Below, piece after piece: positions 28,914 through 39,589 of a stretch of 64,000 nucleotides of DNA. The DNA comes from a virus. The position numbers were made by a program, and so were the translations under genes. The notes under the pieces were generated by a model. The model did no database searches and was not told where the DNA came from. It worked only from the letters and a program-made list of their open reading frames with translations. Location: positions 17,975 to 81,974 of the IMG/VR virus record IMGVR_UViG_3300046680_000412. The stretch is one strand, 5' to 3'. The first letter of the stretch is position 1, and every line of letters starts with the position of its first letter.

Positions 28914-31900
28914 GCGACAAGAAGACCGAAGACTTCGTCCACCTCCACACGCATTCGGACATGTCACAGCTCGACGGTTGCGGCCGCGTGGGTGATTACG
29001 TGAAGGCCGCCAAGGAGCGCGGCAATCCGGCGCTCGCGTTCACCGAACACGGTTCGATGCGCGGCTACTTGCAGCTGCGCAAGGAAGCTGAAAAAGCGAA
29101 CATCAAACCGATCTACGGGATCGAGTTCTATGTGAGTCGCGACATGCACCGCAAGGGCGTGACCGACGAAGAGAAAGCGACGCTTTTGGCAGGCGTCAAG
29201 AAGAACGATCGCCGCGCTACGATTCGCGCCTACGAGGACCGTGAAGGCATTCGCGATCGCTGGCACACGACGTGTTGGGCGTTGACGCAAGAAGGCATGC
29301 TGAACCTGCAGCGGCTGTCCAGCAAATCGTACGTGGAAGGCTTCTACTACAAGCCACGCGTCGACATCGATGCATTGTGCGAATACAACGAAGGCCTTGC
29401 GATTTCGACGGGCTGCCTGAACGGGCCAGCGCACGACAGTTTTCTACAGGGCCGGCGCCGCGATGCACTGACCTATGTCGACAAGTTGCACGACGCCTTT
29501 GGCGATCGCATGTACTTGGAGATTCAGCCGCACGCGATCGAAGATCAAGCGCGCGTGAATCAGTTCGACGTGGACGTGCTGCGAAAGCGCACCGGCGCAA
29601 AACTACTGGCCACGCAAGACGCGCATTACGTCAATCCCGAGGATAGCCACGCGCACGACGTGCTGCTTTGCATTGGCACGGGCGCGAAGGTGAGCGACAA
29701 AGATCGCTTTCGGTTCGACGGAGACGAGTTCTACTTTCGTACGCGCGCCCAGATGCGCGACGCATTCATCCGGCATCATGGCTACCTTCGCAAGTCGCAA
29801 ATCAGAGAAGCGCTCGACTCGACCATCGAGCTCGCGGAGCGCAGCGACGTCAAGATCGAGATCGACTATCTGCGCGCGCTGCTGCCCTCGCCCGGGATCC
29901 CTGCGAAGTATGAAGGCGACGACTTTCGTTTTCTGAAAGACATTTGCTTGGACGGCTGGACGTGGCGCGGCATCCCGGCGCGCGCGCGGTCGTATGCGCA
30001 CAAGCATGGGATCCCCGCGGGCGATGCGCTCGGGCGCTATGCGGAGCGATTGAAGATCGAGCTGACAGCGCTGAAGCGCCAGCGCTTGATCCTGTATTTT
30101 TTGGTGGTGCGCGATCTGTATGCGTTCGCGCGCAAGGAAGAGATCTTTTGCGGGCCGGGCCGCGGCAGTGCGGGCGGATCGCTCGTTGCCTACTTGCTTG
30201 GCATCACGTCGATCGATCCGATCGAACACGGTTTGCTGTTCGAGCGCTTCATCAATCCGGACCGTCACGATCTACCGGACATCGACATGGACTTCGAGGA
30301 CTCGCGACGTCGCGAGGTCATCGACTATTTGGTCAAAAAATACGGCAACGACAAGGTCTGTCAGATCGCTACGGTGGGCCGGCTCTCTGGCAAGAGCGTG
30401 CTTCGAGACGTGTCGCGCGTGCTGGGCGTGCCGCTCTCCGAAGTGAATGCGATCGGTCCGTCGATTTTGGAGCGCCCTGACGGCCATCCGCGCGAGTTCA
30501 ACACGCTCGAAGATTCGTTCAAGGAGTTCGACGCGTGCCGCGCGTTCGACAAGCGCTACCCCGCGGTGCGCAAGTACGCCAGCAAGTTGGAGGGCATGGC
30601 CAAGACGCTCGGCATTCACGCCGCGGGCGTGGTCGTGAGTCCCGTCACGTTGACCGATATCATCCCGTTGGAGATCCGCAAGCACAAGGGCCAGGACATC
30701 AAGGTCAGCGCGATCGACATGAACGAGATCGCGAGCGTGGGCCTCGTGAAACTCGACGTGCTCGGGTTGCGCACGCTGACGGTGATTCGCGATTGCGTGA
30801 ACGCGATCAAGGAGCGCCACGGGGTCAAGCTCGACATGGAGCGGATCGAGATGAACGATCCGGCCGTGTTGGCGCGTTTCACCGCGCATGATTTTGGCGG
30901 CGTGTTTCAGTACGATACTCCGAGCGCATACAAGATCTGCCAAGACGTCAAGTTCGAAGACTTTGAAGACATCGCGGCCATGACTGCGCTCAACCGCCCG
31001 GGTGCCACGCGCAGCGGTCTGGCCGAGCGCTACCTCGTACGCAAGAAGGACAAGCGCAAGCGTGACGAGGTCGACTTTCATCCGCTCATCAATCAGATCT
31101 GCGCCGACACGTTGGGCGTCATCGTGTACCAAGAGCACGTAATCAAGATCTTCACCGAGGTCGCGGGCTTCTCGCCCGGCATGGCCGACAACTTGCGCAA
31201 GGCCATCGGCAAGAAGAAAGCCGAAGAGCTCAAGGCCGCGCGCGTGGACTTCGTGGCTGGCTGCGAAAAGCGACACGGCATTGCGGATAAGCTTGCGAAC
31301 AAGATTTTTGGTGCGATCGAAGCGTTTGGCGCGTACGGCTTCAACAAGTCGCACGCCACGGCGTACGCCACGATCGCGTATTGGTGCCAGTGGCTGAAGG
31401 TCCACTACCTGACCGAGTTCTACTGGGCGCTTCTTCGCAACGAACCCGACAGCGCGCACCTCAAGGCACTCGCCAAAGAAGCCAAGCGGGCAGGGATCAA
31501 GATCCTGAACCCGCATGTGTCGTTCAGTCGCGACGTGTTCAGCATCGACCCCAAGGGCAACGTGCGCGGGTCACTGGTCGACATCAAGGGCGTGGGCAAG
31601 GGCGCCGCTGCGACGGTGATGGAGAACCAACCGTTTCGCAGCTTCTTGGACTTCGCCAAGCGCGTCGATCGACGCCGCTGCAATCGCGGCGTGGTGGTCG
31701 TGCTGATCAAGGCGGGCGCGTTCGACGGCCTGATCCCTAACCAGAAGTTTTTCGAGGCGCATCTCGATGAACTGTGGAAGGCGTTCACGAAGAAGCGTTC
31801 GAGGCGCGAAGCGATCTATGACTTCTGGGATCGCGCGAAGAAGGCGTCTGACTACACGCCTGAAGAGCGCATGCTTGTCGCAGCCAAGGTCAACCCGCTG

Positions 31901-32731
31901 GCGTTCGGAGAGCACCCACTCGACGCGTATCGCGAATTCATGACCGGTCACATTGGCGTGGCGCTCACGCGCATGGATGCCGCCGCCATGAAAGAGCTGG
32001 ACGGAGAGTCCATCTACGTGGCCGGATTGATGCTCGACTCGCGTGTGCAACAGATCGGGGATTTCCACACGGGCGACTTGCCCACCGAGCTCGAACGCAA
32101 GCGCATGTTCTGGGGCGCGCGCTATGCGAATGTGAACTTGGAATGCGACAGCGGCGAGTCGTTCCGGGTGCGGTTTGATTTCGACATTTTCGAATCGCAT
32201 CGCGAGCTCATCGAGGCCGACTCCGGCACGCCGATGATCCTGCACGCCACGGTCGACGCGAAATACAACCGCCTCGTAGCGCACTTTGCGATCGACTTGG
32301 AACGCTACCGCGTAGCCGTGCGCGCGGGCGACGAAAGTGGCTTTTGGGATCGCATCGTCGCGGGTGGACATCCGGCGCGCGACTACCCATGGCCGAGCGA
32401 GGAAATCGCGAAAAAGCGCCGCTTCAATGGGCGCGTGCTGCGCTCGGGCGGCGGCGTGTTCACTGGCGTGGTGACGCACGTGCGAAGGAAGTTCGACAAG
32501 AACGGCGACGAAATGGCGTTCTTCGGGCTACTGGGTGAACGGGGTTTCGTGAACGTGATCGCGTTCGCATCGCAGTGGCACACGATTCGTAAGATCGTGA
32601 AACGAGGCAGGTTGCTGTCGATGCCTGTGGATCGATCCACCGATTCCGAACGGGGCATAGCGTTTTTCTTCAACGGTGGAAAAGTTCGGCACTTGAAAAA
32701 ACATTCAGCGGACTGGGGCTTGAGCCCGTAG
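28910..32731 (+). CDS. dnaE: DNA polymerase III alpha subunit
   Basis: FVHLHTHS PHP domain, GRGSAGGSL, PDIDMDF, HAAGVV, KLDVLGL, YGFNKSHA. Confidence 0.97.
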   Translation: MSDKKTEDFVHLHTHSDMSQLDGCGRVGDYVKAAKERGNPALAFTEHGSMRGYLQLRKEAEKANIKPIYGIEFYVSRDMHRKGVTDEEKATLLAGVKKNDRRATIRAYEDREGIRDRWHTTCWALTQEGMLNLQRLSSKSYVEGFYYKPRVDIDALCEYNEGLAISTGCLNGPAHDSFLQGRRRDALTYVDKLHDAFGDRMYLEIQPHAIEDQARVNQFDVDVLRKRTGAKLLATQDAHYVNPEDSHAHDVLLCIGTGAKVSDKDRFRFDGDEFYFRTRAQMRDAFIRHHGYLRKSQIREALDSTIELAERSDVKIEIDYLRALLPSPGIPAKYEGDDFRFLKDICLDGWTWRGIPARARSYAHKHGIPAGDALGRYAERLKIELTALKRQRLILYFLVVRDLYAFARKEEIFCGPGRGSAGGSLVAYLLGITSIDPIEHGLLFERFINPDRHDLPDIDMDFEDSRRREVIDYLVKKYGNDKVCQIATVGRLSGKSVLRDVSRVLGVPLSEVNAIGPSILERPDGHPREFNTLEDSFKEFDACRAFDKRYPAVRKYASKLEGMAKTLGIHAAGVVVSPVTLTDIIPLEIRKHKGQDIKVSAIDMNEIASVGLVKLDVLGLRTLTVIRDCVNAIKERHGVKLDMERIEMNDPAVLARFTAHDFGGVFQYDTPSAYKICQDVKFEDFEDIAAMTALNRPGATRSGLAERYLVRKKDKRKRDEVDFHPLINQICADTLGVIVYQEHVIKIFTEVAGFSPGMADNLRKAIGKKKAEELKAARVDFVAGCEKRHGIADKLANKIFGAIEAFGAYGFNKSHATAYATIAYWCQWLKVHYLTEFYWALLRNEPDSAHLKALAKEAKRAGIKILNPHVSFSRDVFSIDPKGNVRGSLVDIKGVGKGAAATVMENQPFRSFLDFAKRVDRRRCNRGVVVVLIKAGAFDGLIPNQKFFEAHLDELWKAFTKKRSRREAIYDFWDRAKKASDYTPEERMLVAAKVNPLAFGEHPLDAYREFMTGHIGVALTRMDAAAMKELDGESIYVAGLMLDSRVQQIGDFHTGDLPTELERKRMFWGARYANVNLECDSGESFRVRFDFDIFESHRELIEADSGTPMILHATVDAKYNRLVAHFAIDLERYRVAVRAGDESGFWDRIVAGGHPARDYPWPSEEIAKKRRFNGRVLRSGGGVFTGVVTHVRRKFDKNGDEMAFFGLLGERGFVNVIAFASQWHTIRKIVKRGRLLSMPVDRSTDSERGIAFFFNGGKVRHLKKHSADWGLSP

Positions 32732-32751
32732 TTACATGGAAGAAGGCACAC

Positions 32752-33096
32752 ATGGCAGGCATTCACGAAATAGCAAAAGCGGCAGGGATCAAGCCCGACG
32801 TTGTGACCGATATTTTCGAAGCGGTGTTTCAGCTGGTGCGCTCCGGAGAGCTGGTGCGCGTCTCGGGATTCGGCTCGTTCGAGCGAAAGACGTTTCCGGG
32901 TCGGACCGTCAAAAGCCCTGTGATCAACGAGGGCGAGCCCACGACGTTCGGCGAGTCGTATCGCATGGCGTTCCGCCAAAGCGATCAGGCCAAGCGCCGG
33001 CTGAACATGAGTCGTCGTAAGCGCGAGGCGAAGCGTGCGGCGGCCGAAGAAGCGAAGGGCAAGAAAAAGAAGAAGGCCAAGAAGGATCGGAAATGA
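32752..33096 (+). CDS. HU/IHF-family DNA-binding protein with basic tail
   Basis: VRVSGFGSFE...GRTVKSP. Confidence 0.85.
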   Translation: MAGIHEIAKAAGIKPDVVTDIFEAVFQLVRSGELVRVSGFGSFERKTFPGRTVKSPVINEGEPTTFGESYRMAFRQSDQAKRRLNMSRRKREAKRAAAEEAKGKKKKKAKKDRK

Positions 33097-33752
33097 GCGA
33101 GACCGAGCCCGAATATGCGGCGCGCTTTGCGCGCCAGAAAATAAAGGTTGCCGGCACGGCGATCGACGTGTTGATTCTCGGCGACGGTTCGGAGCTCGCG
33201 ATCAGCGAGAACTTGTCCGACGACATGGATCGGGTGTCTGCACAGTTGGCATATTGGGGTTCGGTGCTCGCGGAGGCCAGCGCGGAGAAAGTGCAGGTCG
33301 ACGCATTCTACCGGCGCTTTCGCGCGAGCTGTGCGGAGGCGGTGCTGCAGCGCGATCCGAAGGCGGCCGAGTGGAAGGTCAAGAACGCAATCGAGGCTAC
33401 GGACGGCTTCATTCAGCACAAGAATGCGATCGCTATGGCCGAGCGCAACGTGGGCATTTTGGAAGCCATGGTGCGGGCATTCGACAAGAAGGCCAATCAG
33501 CTGCAGAGCAAGGGCGCGCGCGTACGCTCGGAGCTCAATGCGACAGGCATGACGACGCCGGAGGTGCCGCGTACGCCGCGCGGCTGGAATCTGTCGGGTC
33601 GAGGCAGCGACAGCGACGACGAGCGGTATGTCTCTTCGCCAGCGGAGGGCGTCCGAAGACCCTCGCAAGAAGAAAAGATCAGGCGAATGGAAGAGATCAA
33701 CAGTGCGCGCGATAAGAGCAAGGCGGCACGGAAAAAGGGAAAGAGAACATGA
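33093..33752 (+). CDS. UvsY-like recombination mediator candidate
   Basis: Long helical protein (AQLAYWG...AFDKKANQLQS) next to SSB-like gene and recA. Confidence 0.45.
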   Translation: MSETEPEYAARFARQKIKVAGTAIDVLILGDGSELAISENLSDDMDRVSAQLAYWGSVLAEASAEKVQVDAFYRRFRASCAEAVLQRDPKAAEWKVKNAIEATDGFIQHKNAIAMAERNVGILEAMVRAFDKKANQLQSKGARVRSELNATGMTTPEVPRTPRGWNLSGRGSDSDDERYVSSPAEGVRRPSQEEKIRRMEEINSARDKSKAARKKGKRT

Positions 33753-35377
33753 GCAGTGGCGTCAACATGGATGCGATGCGTCGCGGTTACGACGAGCAGC
33801 AGCGCGGCGGCGGCGAGTATCTAGCCTTCGAAAAAGGCGAAACGCTCTTGTACATTCACCCACCGTGTCGCGACAACGACAAGCACGCGCTGACCAAGGG
33901 CAAGAACTACGTGCCGGTCACGGTGCACTACGCCGTCGGCAAGAACAATCGGATGGTGGTCGGTCTCGACGCCGAGACCAATCCGATCATCGAGCATCCG
34001 TTCGTCGAAAAAGTGCTTACCAAGCGCAAGGTGCATCTGACGGGCAAGTGCCCGATGAAGAAAGCACTCGACTCCGGAAAGACGTTTTCGGACGAAGAAG
34101 CCGACGAGTCGCGCCCCCAAACAAAGTATCTTTGGGGTTTCACGCCGATGGGCTTCCGCAAGAAGTCTTCGTCCGATTGGCAGGAGCACGATAAGCAGGG
34201 AGAGCCGCAAGTCGGCATGGTCGGAAAGCAGATCTTCGACGGGATCATGGAGTGCTTTTTCGACAATGGCGACATCAGCGATCCGCGTGCTGCGGTGCTC
34301 GTGCGCGTGATCAAGTCGGGGAAGGGCCGACAGACGAAGTACGAGGTCAAGGTCGATCCGGATACGTCGAAGTCGCCGCGCAAGCTGCCCAAGGCAACGC
34401 GCGCTGCGATCGCGAAGTCGATGGCAGAAGACGGCGACTGCGATCTGTTCCGTGTCGTTGGGAACATGATCAAGTCGCCTGATGAAGTGGTCGCGATCAT
34501 CAAGGGTGTCGAGGTCGACGAGGATGTCGACGACGAGGACGATGGAAAGGGAAAAGCCATGAAGAAGGGCGCCAAGAAGGGTAAGCGCGACGACGAAGAC
34601 GAAGAGCTCGACGACGAAGAAGAGCTCGACGAAGACGACGACGAAGACGACGAAGGCGATCTCGACGACGACGAGGATGAAGACGACGACGAGCCCAAGG
34701 GCAAGAAGTCGAAGGCCAAGTCGAAAGCCAAGTCGAAGTCCAAGGATGACGACGACGAGGACGACGAGGACGAAGACGACGAGGACGAAGACGACGAGGA
34801 CGAAGACGACGAGGACGAAGACGACGAGCCCAAGGGCAAGAAGTCGAAGGCCAAGTCGAAGTCCAAGTCGAAGTCCAAGTCCAAGGACGACGACGAGGAC
34901 GAAGACGACGAGGACGAAGACGACGAGGACGAAGACGACGAGGACGAAGACGACGAGCCCAAGGGCAAGAAGTCGAAGACCAAGTCGAAGTCCAAGTCGA
35001 AGTCCAAGGACGACGACGAGGACGACGAGGACGACGACGAGGACGAAGCCGACGACGAGGACGACGAAGCCGACGACGAGGACGACGAAGACGAGCCCAA
35101 GGGCAAGGCCAAAGCGAAGGCCAAGGGCAAGAAGGGCAAAAAGTCGGACGACGAAGACGACGACCTCGGACTCGATGATCTCGACGACGCGCTGGCCGAC
35201 CTCGACGACGAAGACGACGACGACGAGAAGCCCAAGAAAGGCAAGACGGCCGTGAAGAAAAAAGACAAGAAGGGCGACGACACCAAGCCAGCCAAGTCGA
35301 AAGACAAGGACAAGGCCAAGGGCAAAGAAGCCAAGTCGAAAGACAAAGGCAAGTCCGCGAAGAAGGCAAAGAAGTAG
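33749..35377 (+). CDS. gp32-like ssDNA-binding protein with ~290-aa acidic/basic low-complexity tail
   Basis: Globular N-terminal ~250 aa (GDISDP...KSGKGRQTKYEV) followed by D/E and K/S blocks; upstream of recA. Confidence 0.6.
   Translation: MSSGVNMDAMRRGYDEQQRGGGEYLAFEKGETLLYIHPPCRDNDKHALTKGKNYVPVTVHYAVGKNNRMVVGLDAETNPIIEHPFVEKVLTKRKVHLTGKCPMKKALDSGKTFSDEEADESRPQTKYLWGFTPMGFRKKSSSDWQEHDKQGEPQVGMVGKQIFDGIMECFFDNGDISDPRAAVLVRVIKSGKGRQTKYEVKVDPDTSKSPRKLPKATRAAIAKSMAEDGDCDLFRVVGNMIKSPDEVVAIIKGVEVDEDVDDEDDGKGKAMKKGAKKGKRDDEDEELDDEEELDEDDDEDDEGDLDDDEDEDDDEPKGKKSKAKSKAKSKSKDDDDEDDEDEDDEDEDDEDEDDEDEDDEPKGKKSKAKSKSKSKSKSKDDDEDEDDEDEDDEDEDDEDEDDEPKGKKSKTKSKSKSKSKDDDEDDEDDDEDEADDEDDEADDEDDEDEPKGKAKAKAKGKKGKKSDDEDDDLGLDDLDDALADLDDEDDDDEKPKKGKTAVKKKDKKGDDTKPAKSKDKDKAKGKEAKSKDKGKSAKKAKK
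34670..35105. repeat. Coding tandem repeats (15-bp GACGAGGACGAAGAC units; higher-order EPKGKKSKAKSKS blocks)
   Basis: Directly visible in sequence. Confidence 0.9.
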
Positions 35378-35415
35378 TAGTTAGCAGCTGTGCTCACTCA
35401 CGCGTGAAGGGAACA

Positions 35416-35452
35416 CGGGGCCGGCCAGTTCAGGCGGCCCCTGTTTTGTTTT
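35416..35452 (+). terminator. Intrinsic terminator-like hairpin
   Basis: GGGGCCG...CGGCCCC followed by TGTTTTGTTTT. Confidence 0.6.
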
Positions 35453-36544
35453 ATGGCCGACAACAAGACCGCCAAGAAGACCAAGAAGTCGAATCGCAAG
35501 GCGCGGCTAGAGTCTCCGACGGACATCATCGCGGACTACCTCGCCGGCATGGAGAGCGACAAGGACGTCCCGGGCAAGGTGCGCGTCTTGGGCGATGCCG
35601 CGTACAAGAAGCGGATTCGCGGTGTTCTCTCGACACATTCGGCGACGCTCGATGCGGCCATTGGACGCGGCGGCTATCCGCTTTCGCGCGTGGTGATTTT
35701 TCACGGCAGGGAAGGCTCGGGTAAAACGACGCTTGCGTTGCACGCGTGCGCCGAGGTGCAGCGCCGCGGCGGCGTGGCGGTGTACTTCGACAAAGAACAC
35801 AAGATGGATCCCGACTACGCTGCCAAGGTTGGGGTTGATGTCGCGCGCCTGGTGATGCCGCCAGCGAAGACGCTCGAACAAGTGATCGCGTACACGCGGG
35901 CGACGATTCGGCGCGCGCGAGAGATACGCAAGAAGACCAAGCGCGTCGTGCCGTTCGCGATCGTGGCCGATTCGCTGAACGCCATGAAGGCTTTCGAGAC
36001 GCTCGACACGCCGACGGGAAAGAAGCGCTACCCCGCGGAGGCGCGCATTTGGAGCGAAGAGTTGCCGGAGCTGTGCGAAGAGATGGCGAGCGAGAACGTC
36101 ACGCTGTTTTTCATCTCGCAGGTTCGCAAGAAGATGAATGTGAAATTTGGCAGTGACGAGGAAATGGCGGGCGGTAATGCGCCGCGCTTCTATGCGTCGC
36201 TCATCGTGTACGTGACACGTGTCGGAACCGAGAAGACGGGCGACAAGACCAAAATCGGTAGCGTAATCGAAACCGAGTGCAAGAAGAACCAGATCGCTCC
36301 GCCGTTCAAGAAGGCGCGATTCGTGATCTATTGGAACCGCGGCATCGACTACGAGCATAGCCTTGTGCTGCAGCTCGAAGAGATGGGGCTGGTCAAGAAG
36401 AAGCAGGGGCACTTGGTTGTGGGCAACATCGAGTTGGGGCAGGGCTACGCCGCGGCGGCGAAGACACTTCGCGAGCGGCCGAAGTTGCGCGCGAAACTGA
36501 TCGAGTTGTTTTACAAGCGAATGAAATGGGAGCAGGCGGCGTGA
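35453..36544 (+). CDS. recA: RecA-like recombinase
   Basis: LDAAIGRGGYP, GREGSGKTT, DKEH, GGNAPRFYAS, KNQIAPPFK. Confidence 0.93.
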   Translation: MADNKTAKKTKKSNRKARLESPTDIIADYLAGMESDKDVPGKVRVLGDAAYKKRIRGVLSTHSATLDAAIGRGGYPLSRVVIFHGREGSGKTTLALHACAEVQRRGGVAVYFDKEHKMDPDYAAKVGVDVARLVMPPAKTLEQVIAYTRATIRRAREIRKKTKRVVPFAIVADSLNAMKAFETLDTPTGKKRYPAEARIWSEELPELCEEMASENVTLFFISQVRKKMNVKFGSDEEMAGGNAPRFYASLIVYVTRVGTEKTGDKTKIGSVIETECKKNQIAPPFKKARFVIYWNRGIDYEHSLVLQLEEMGLVKKKQGHLVVGNIELGQGYAAAAKTLRERPKLRAKLIELFYKRMKWEQAA

Positions 36545-37683
36545 GCCAAGCAGAGGCAGACGTTCGTGCCTATCGGTCGCTCAACATCAGCGACATTCAC
36601 ATGAGCAACTCGCTCCCGCACGCCAAGCAAACCAACGCGCGCGGTGTGACAGACCGCTTGGCCGATCAGTTGGCGCTGTGGCGTCGCGTGTTCGCAGCGG
36701 CCGAGCGCGCGCGTTGCGAAGCGATCTTCATTCAGGGCGATCTGTTCGATCACTCGCGCACCGATGCGATTACCCTGACAGAGACGTTTCGCGCGATAGG
36801 CGCGTCACCGGTGCCGGTGTTCATCGTGCCGGGCAATCATGACGGCGTGAACACGCGTGGCGAGCGCTTCACGGTCGAAGCGCTCTCTGAGCTGCCGCGT
36901 TGTCAGTACATGGAAACGGGCTGGGCCTATCGGCCGCGACCGTGGCTCACGTTCTGGCCGATGGAGTTCAGTCCGCTCGCGCGCACGCGCGAAGCGCTCA
37001 AAGCGATGAAGCTGCAGCGCGGCGAGGTCAACGTGCTTCTGATGCACAACTCAGTCGTGGGCTGCACGCATGGCGGTTGGACATGCGAAGACGGACAGGG
37101 CCTGACGCCGGCCGAGTTGACCGAGCGATTCGATCACGTGCTGTCGGGCCACTTTCACGATCCGCAGTTTTTCGGGCGCAAGCAGAAGGGCCGCTATTTG
37201 GGCGCGCCCATGCATCACCGGTTCGACGACGTCGGGCGGCCCGCTGGCTTTTGGATCATGGAGTTCCGCAAGGACGGCTCGCGCAAAGAAGTTTTCGTCG
37301 ACGGCGGCGCGCCGCGCTTTCACACGGTGCCATTCACCAAAGACCGCGCCGAGCTCAAGGTGCGCCGTGGCGACTACGTACGCGTCATCGTGCGCTGCAC
37401 GCATGCCAAGCTGGTCAAAAAACAGATTGCGGCCGATCGCTACGTCGACACGTTGCGGGAGCAAGGGCTACGCGCGAACTGGATACACGAGCCTGTCTAT
37501 CACCATGTCTCGCGCATGGCGTCTACGGACAGCAGCGGCGCAGCGGAAGTGTTGACGCCCCGCAAGATGGTGCCCGGGTACGTCGAGACTGTGGAGGTCG
37601 ACACGGCCGGGCTCGATCGTAAAGCGCTCAAGCGCATGGGTCGTGAAATCTTCACAGCGGTCGAGGGCGAATGGCGCGGCTAG
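36541..37683 (+). CDS. sbcD: SbcD/Mre11-like nuclease
   Basis: SDIH, GDLFD, GNHD, SGHFH metallophosphoesterase motifs. Confidence 0.9.
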   Translation: MSQAEADVRAYRSLNISDIHMSNSLPHAKQTNARGVTDRLADQLALWRRVFAAAERARCEAIFIQGDLFDHSRTDAITLTETFRAIGASPVPVFIVPGNHDGVNTRGERFTVEALSELPRCQYMETGWAYRPRPWLTFWPMEFSPLARTREALKAMKLQRGEVNVLLMHNSVVGCTHGGWTCEDGQGLTPAELTERFDHVLSGHFHDPQFFGRKQKGRYLGAPMHHRFDDVGRPAGFWIMEFRKDGSRKEVFVDGGAPRFHTVPFTKDRAELKVRRGDYVRVIVRCTHAKLVKKQIAADRYVDTLREQGLRANWIHEPVYHHVSRMASTDSSGAAEVLTPRKMVPGYVETVEVDTAGLDRKALKRMGREIFTAVEGEWRG

Positions 37684-39542
37684 TTAGTATGCGAGCCGAG
37701 AACTTTGCCGGCTTCGTCGAGTTCGATATGGATCTCGGCAAGCAGGGGCTTGTCTTCGTCATCGGCGACAACCGCGACACCGAGGCCGCGACTTCGAACG
37801 GCGCATGCAAGTCAGGTTTGTTCAAGGCGCTCGGCTGGTGTCTGTACGGTGAAGCGATCGACGGCGAGCCAGGTGACCGCGTGATTCATCGCGGCGCCAA
37901 GAGCGCGCGCGTGGTCGTGAACTTGATGGACGGCGAAGACGCCTACAGCATTGTGCGCGAGCGCTGGAAGCAGAGTCCGAAACTGTATCTCGAAAAAAAC
38001 GGCGAAGCCGTGACGGCGGCGAAGGCCGACTTGCAACGCGCGATCAACGCGCTGATCGGTGTGGACTGGGAAGGCTTTCGCAACACCGTTTTGTACGGCC
38101 AAGGCGATCGCGATCGCTTCGTCTATCCCACGACCAAAGACGCGGAGCGCAAGGGCATCCTGCATCGCATGCTGGGCACAGGTGTGTTTGAGCTGTGCCA
38201 CGTCGAGGCCAAGCGGCGGCGACTGGCGATCGACAAGGAGCTCGATCTTGCGCGCGCCAACGTCGAACGTCTGACGCAGCGCATCGACGATCACGATTTG
38301 GACGCGCTCTACAAGCGCAAGGAGGGCCATGCCGACGACGTGGCCGAGCGCGTGCGCGAGCTCACGACAGCGGCCCGGGAGCTTGCGGAGTCTGCAAAGT
38401 TAGCCGGGGCCACGATCGATGCGCCAGCGCTCCGAAGCGAGCTCTCTGAGCTCGACGGCAAGCTTGCGACGGGCCGCACGGCGCGGACTGAAGCCGTGAC
38501 GGCGCGCGGGGCGGCGAGGGATCAGGTCAAGGCGGATTCGCAGCACAAGGCCAACCTGACAGCCGAGCTGCGCGCACACACGGCTGCACTGACACAGCTC
38601 AAGGGCGAGCGGTGCCCGGTTTGCACGGGCGATCTGTCCAAGGGGCACGCCAAGGAGCACAGGGCCGAGCTCTTGGCGCGTGGCGAGGCGCTTGCGGTCG
38701 AGCTGCAGGAGGCCGGACGGCGCGAGCAGGAGGCGCTACGGGCGGAGCGCGGAGCCGAGCGGGCACTCGTCGAGCTCGATGAGCAACAGAGGCGCCTCGG
38801 GGAACGTCGCGCGCGCGCCAAGGCGCAGCTGGATGCGCTCGACACGGCGAAGGAGCGCGTGCGCGAGCTCGCCGCGCGTAGTCGAGAGAAGGCAGAAGAA
38901 GCGCGTGTGATCCGGGATGCGCCCAACCCGCACCTTGCGCCCTACATGCAGGCGCGAAAGAAGGTTCGGGCGCTGAAGTCAGAGCGCAAGGCCGCGCGCG
39001 CGTCGCTCAAGACGTTGGCCGGTGAGCTCGAACTTTTGACATTTTGGGTGCGCGGCTTCGGGCCGACCGGTATACCTTCGTTCGCGCTCGACGCGGTCAT
39101 GCCTCTGTTGACCGATCGGGCCAATCACTACTTGATGACGCTGGCGTGCGGCGACATATCGATCCACTTCAGCACGCAACGCGAGCTGAAGGGCGGCGAG
39201 ATGCGCGACGAAATCGGCATCTCTTGGACGATCGAGGGCATCGAAAACTACCCTCCGAGCGGCGGCCAGTGGAAGAAGATGGAGATCGCCACGAACTTCG
39301 CACTGATGGACCTGGTCCGGACGCGTGAGGGCTCGCACGTGAACATCCTGTGCTTGGACGAATGTCTCGACGGGCTCGACTCCGAGGGGCGCCAGCGCGT
39401 GGTTGATCTGCTGCAATCGCTGCGCAAGGAGCGCGAAAGCATCTTTCTGATCTCGCACGATCCTGATTTGGCAGAGACGTTCGAGCGCACACTGATCGTG
39501 GTCAAAGAAAACGGCGTGTCGAGGTTGGAGCGAGCCATGTGA
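37671..39542 (+). CDS. sbcC: SbcC/Rad50-like ATPase
   Basis: NGACKS, CPVC zinc hook within coiled coil, SGGQ, LDE..D.LD, ISH. Confidence 0.92.
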   Translation: MARLVSMRAENFAGFVEFDMDLGKQGLVFVIGDNRDTEAATSNGACKSGLFKALGWCLYGEAIDGEPGDRVIHRGAKSARVVVNLMDGEDAYSIVRERWKQSPKLYLEKNGEAVTAAKADLQRAINALIGVDWEGFRNTVLYGQGDRDRFVYPTTKDAERKGILHRMLGTGVFELCHVEAKRRRLAIDKELDLARANVERLTQRIDDHDLDALYKRKEGHADDVAERVRELTTAARELAESAKLAGATIDAPALRSELSELDGKLATGRTARTEAVTARGAARDQVKADSQHKANLTAELRAHTAALTQLKGERCPVCTGDLSKGHAKEHRAELLARGEALAVELQEAGRREQEALRAERGAERALVELDEQQRRLGERRARAKAQLDALDTAKERVRELAARSREKAEEARVIRDAPNPHLAPYMQARKKVRALKSERKAARASLKTLAGELELLTFWVRGFGPTGIPSFALDAVMPLLTDRANHYLMTLACGDISIHFSTQRELKGGEMRDEIGISWTIEGIENYPPSGGQWKKMEIATNFALMDLVRTREGSHVNILCLDECLDGLDSEGRQRVVDLLQSLRKERESIFLISHDPDLAETFERTLIVVKENGVSRLERAM

Positions 39543-39589
39543 GGGCCACGAATGGATGAAATCTGCGAAGCGCCAAAGGATGGTGTGGC

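Noticed and set aside
33928-35397. 489-aa minus-strand poly-Ser ORF and other-frame ORFs
   Set aside because: Antisense or frame shadows of the GAC/GAG/AAG repeat-rich gene
28910-36544. Inteins or introns in dnaE or recA
   Set aside because: Lengths and motif spacing are normal; no splicing motifs seen
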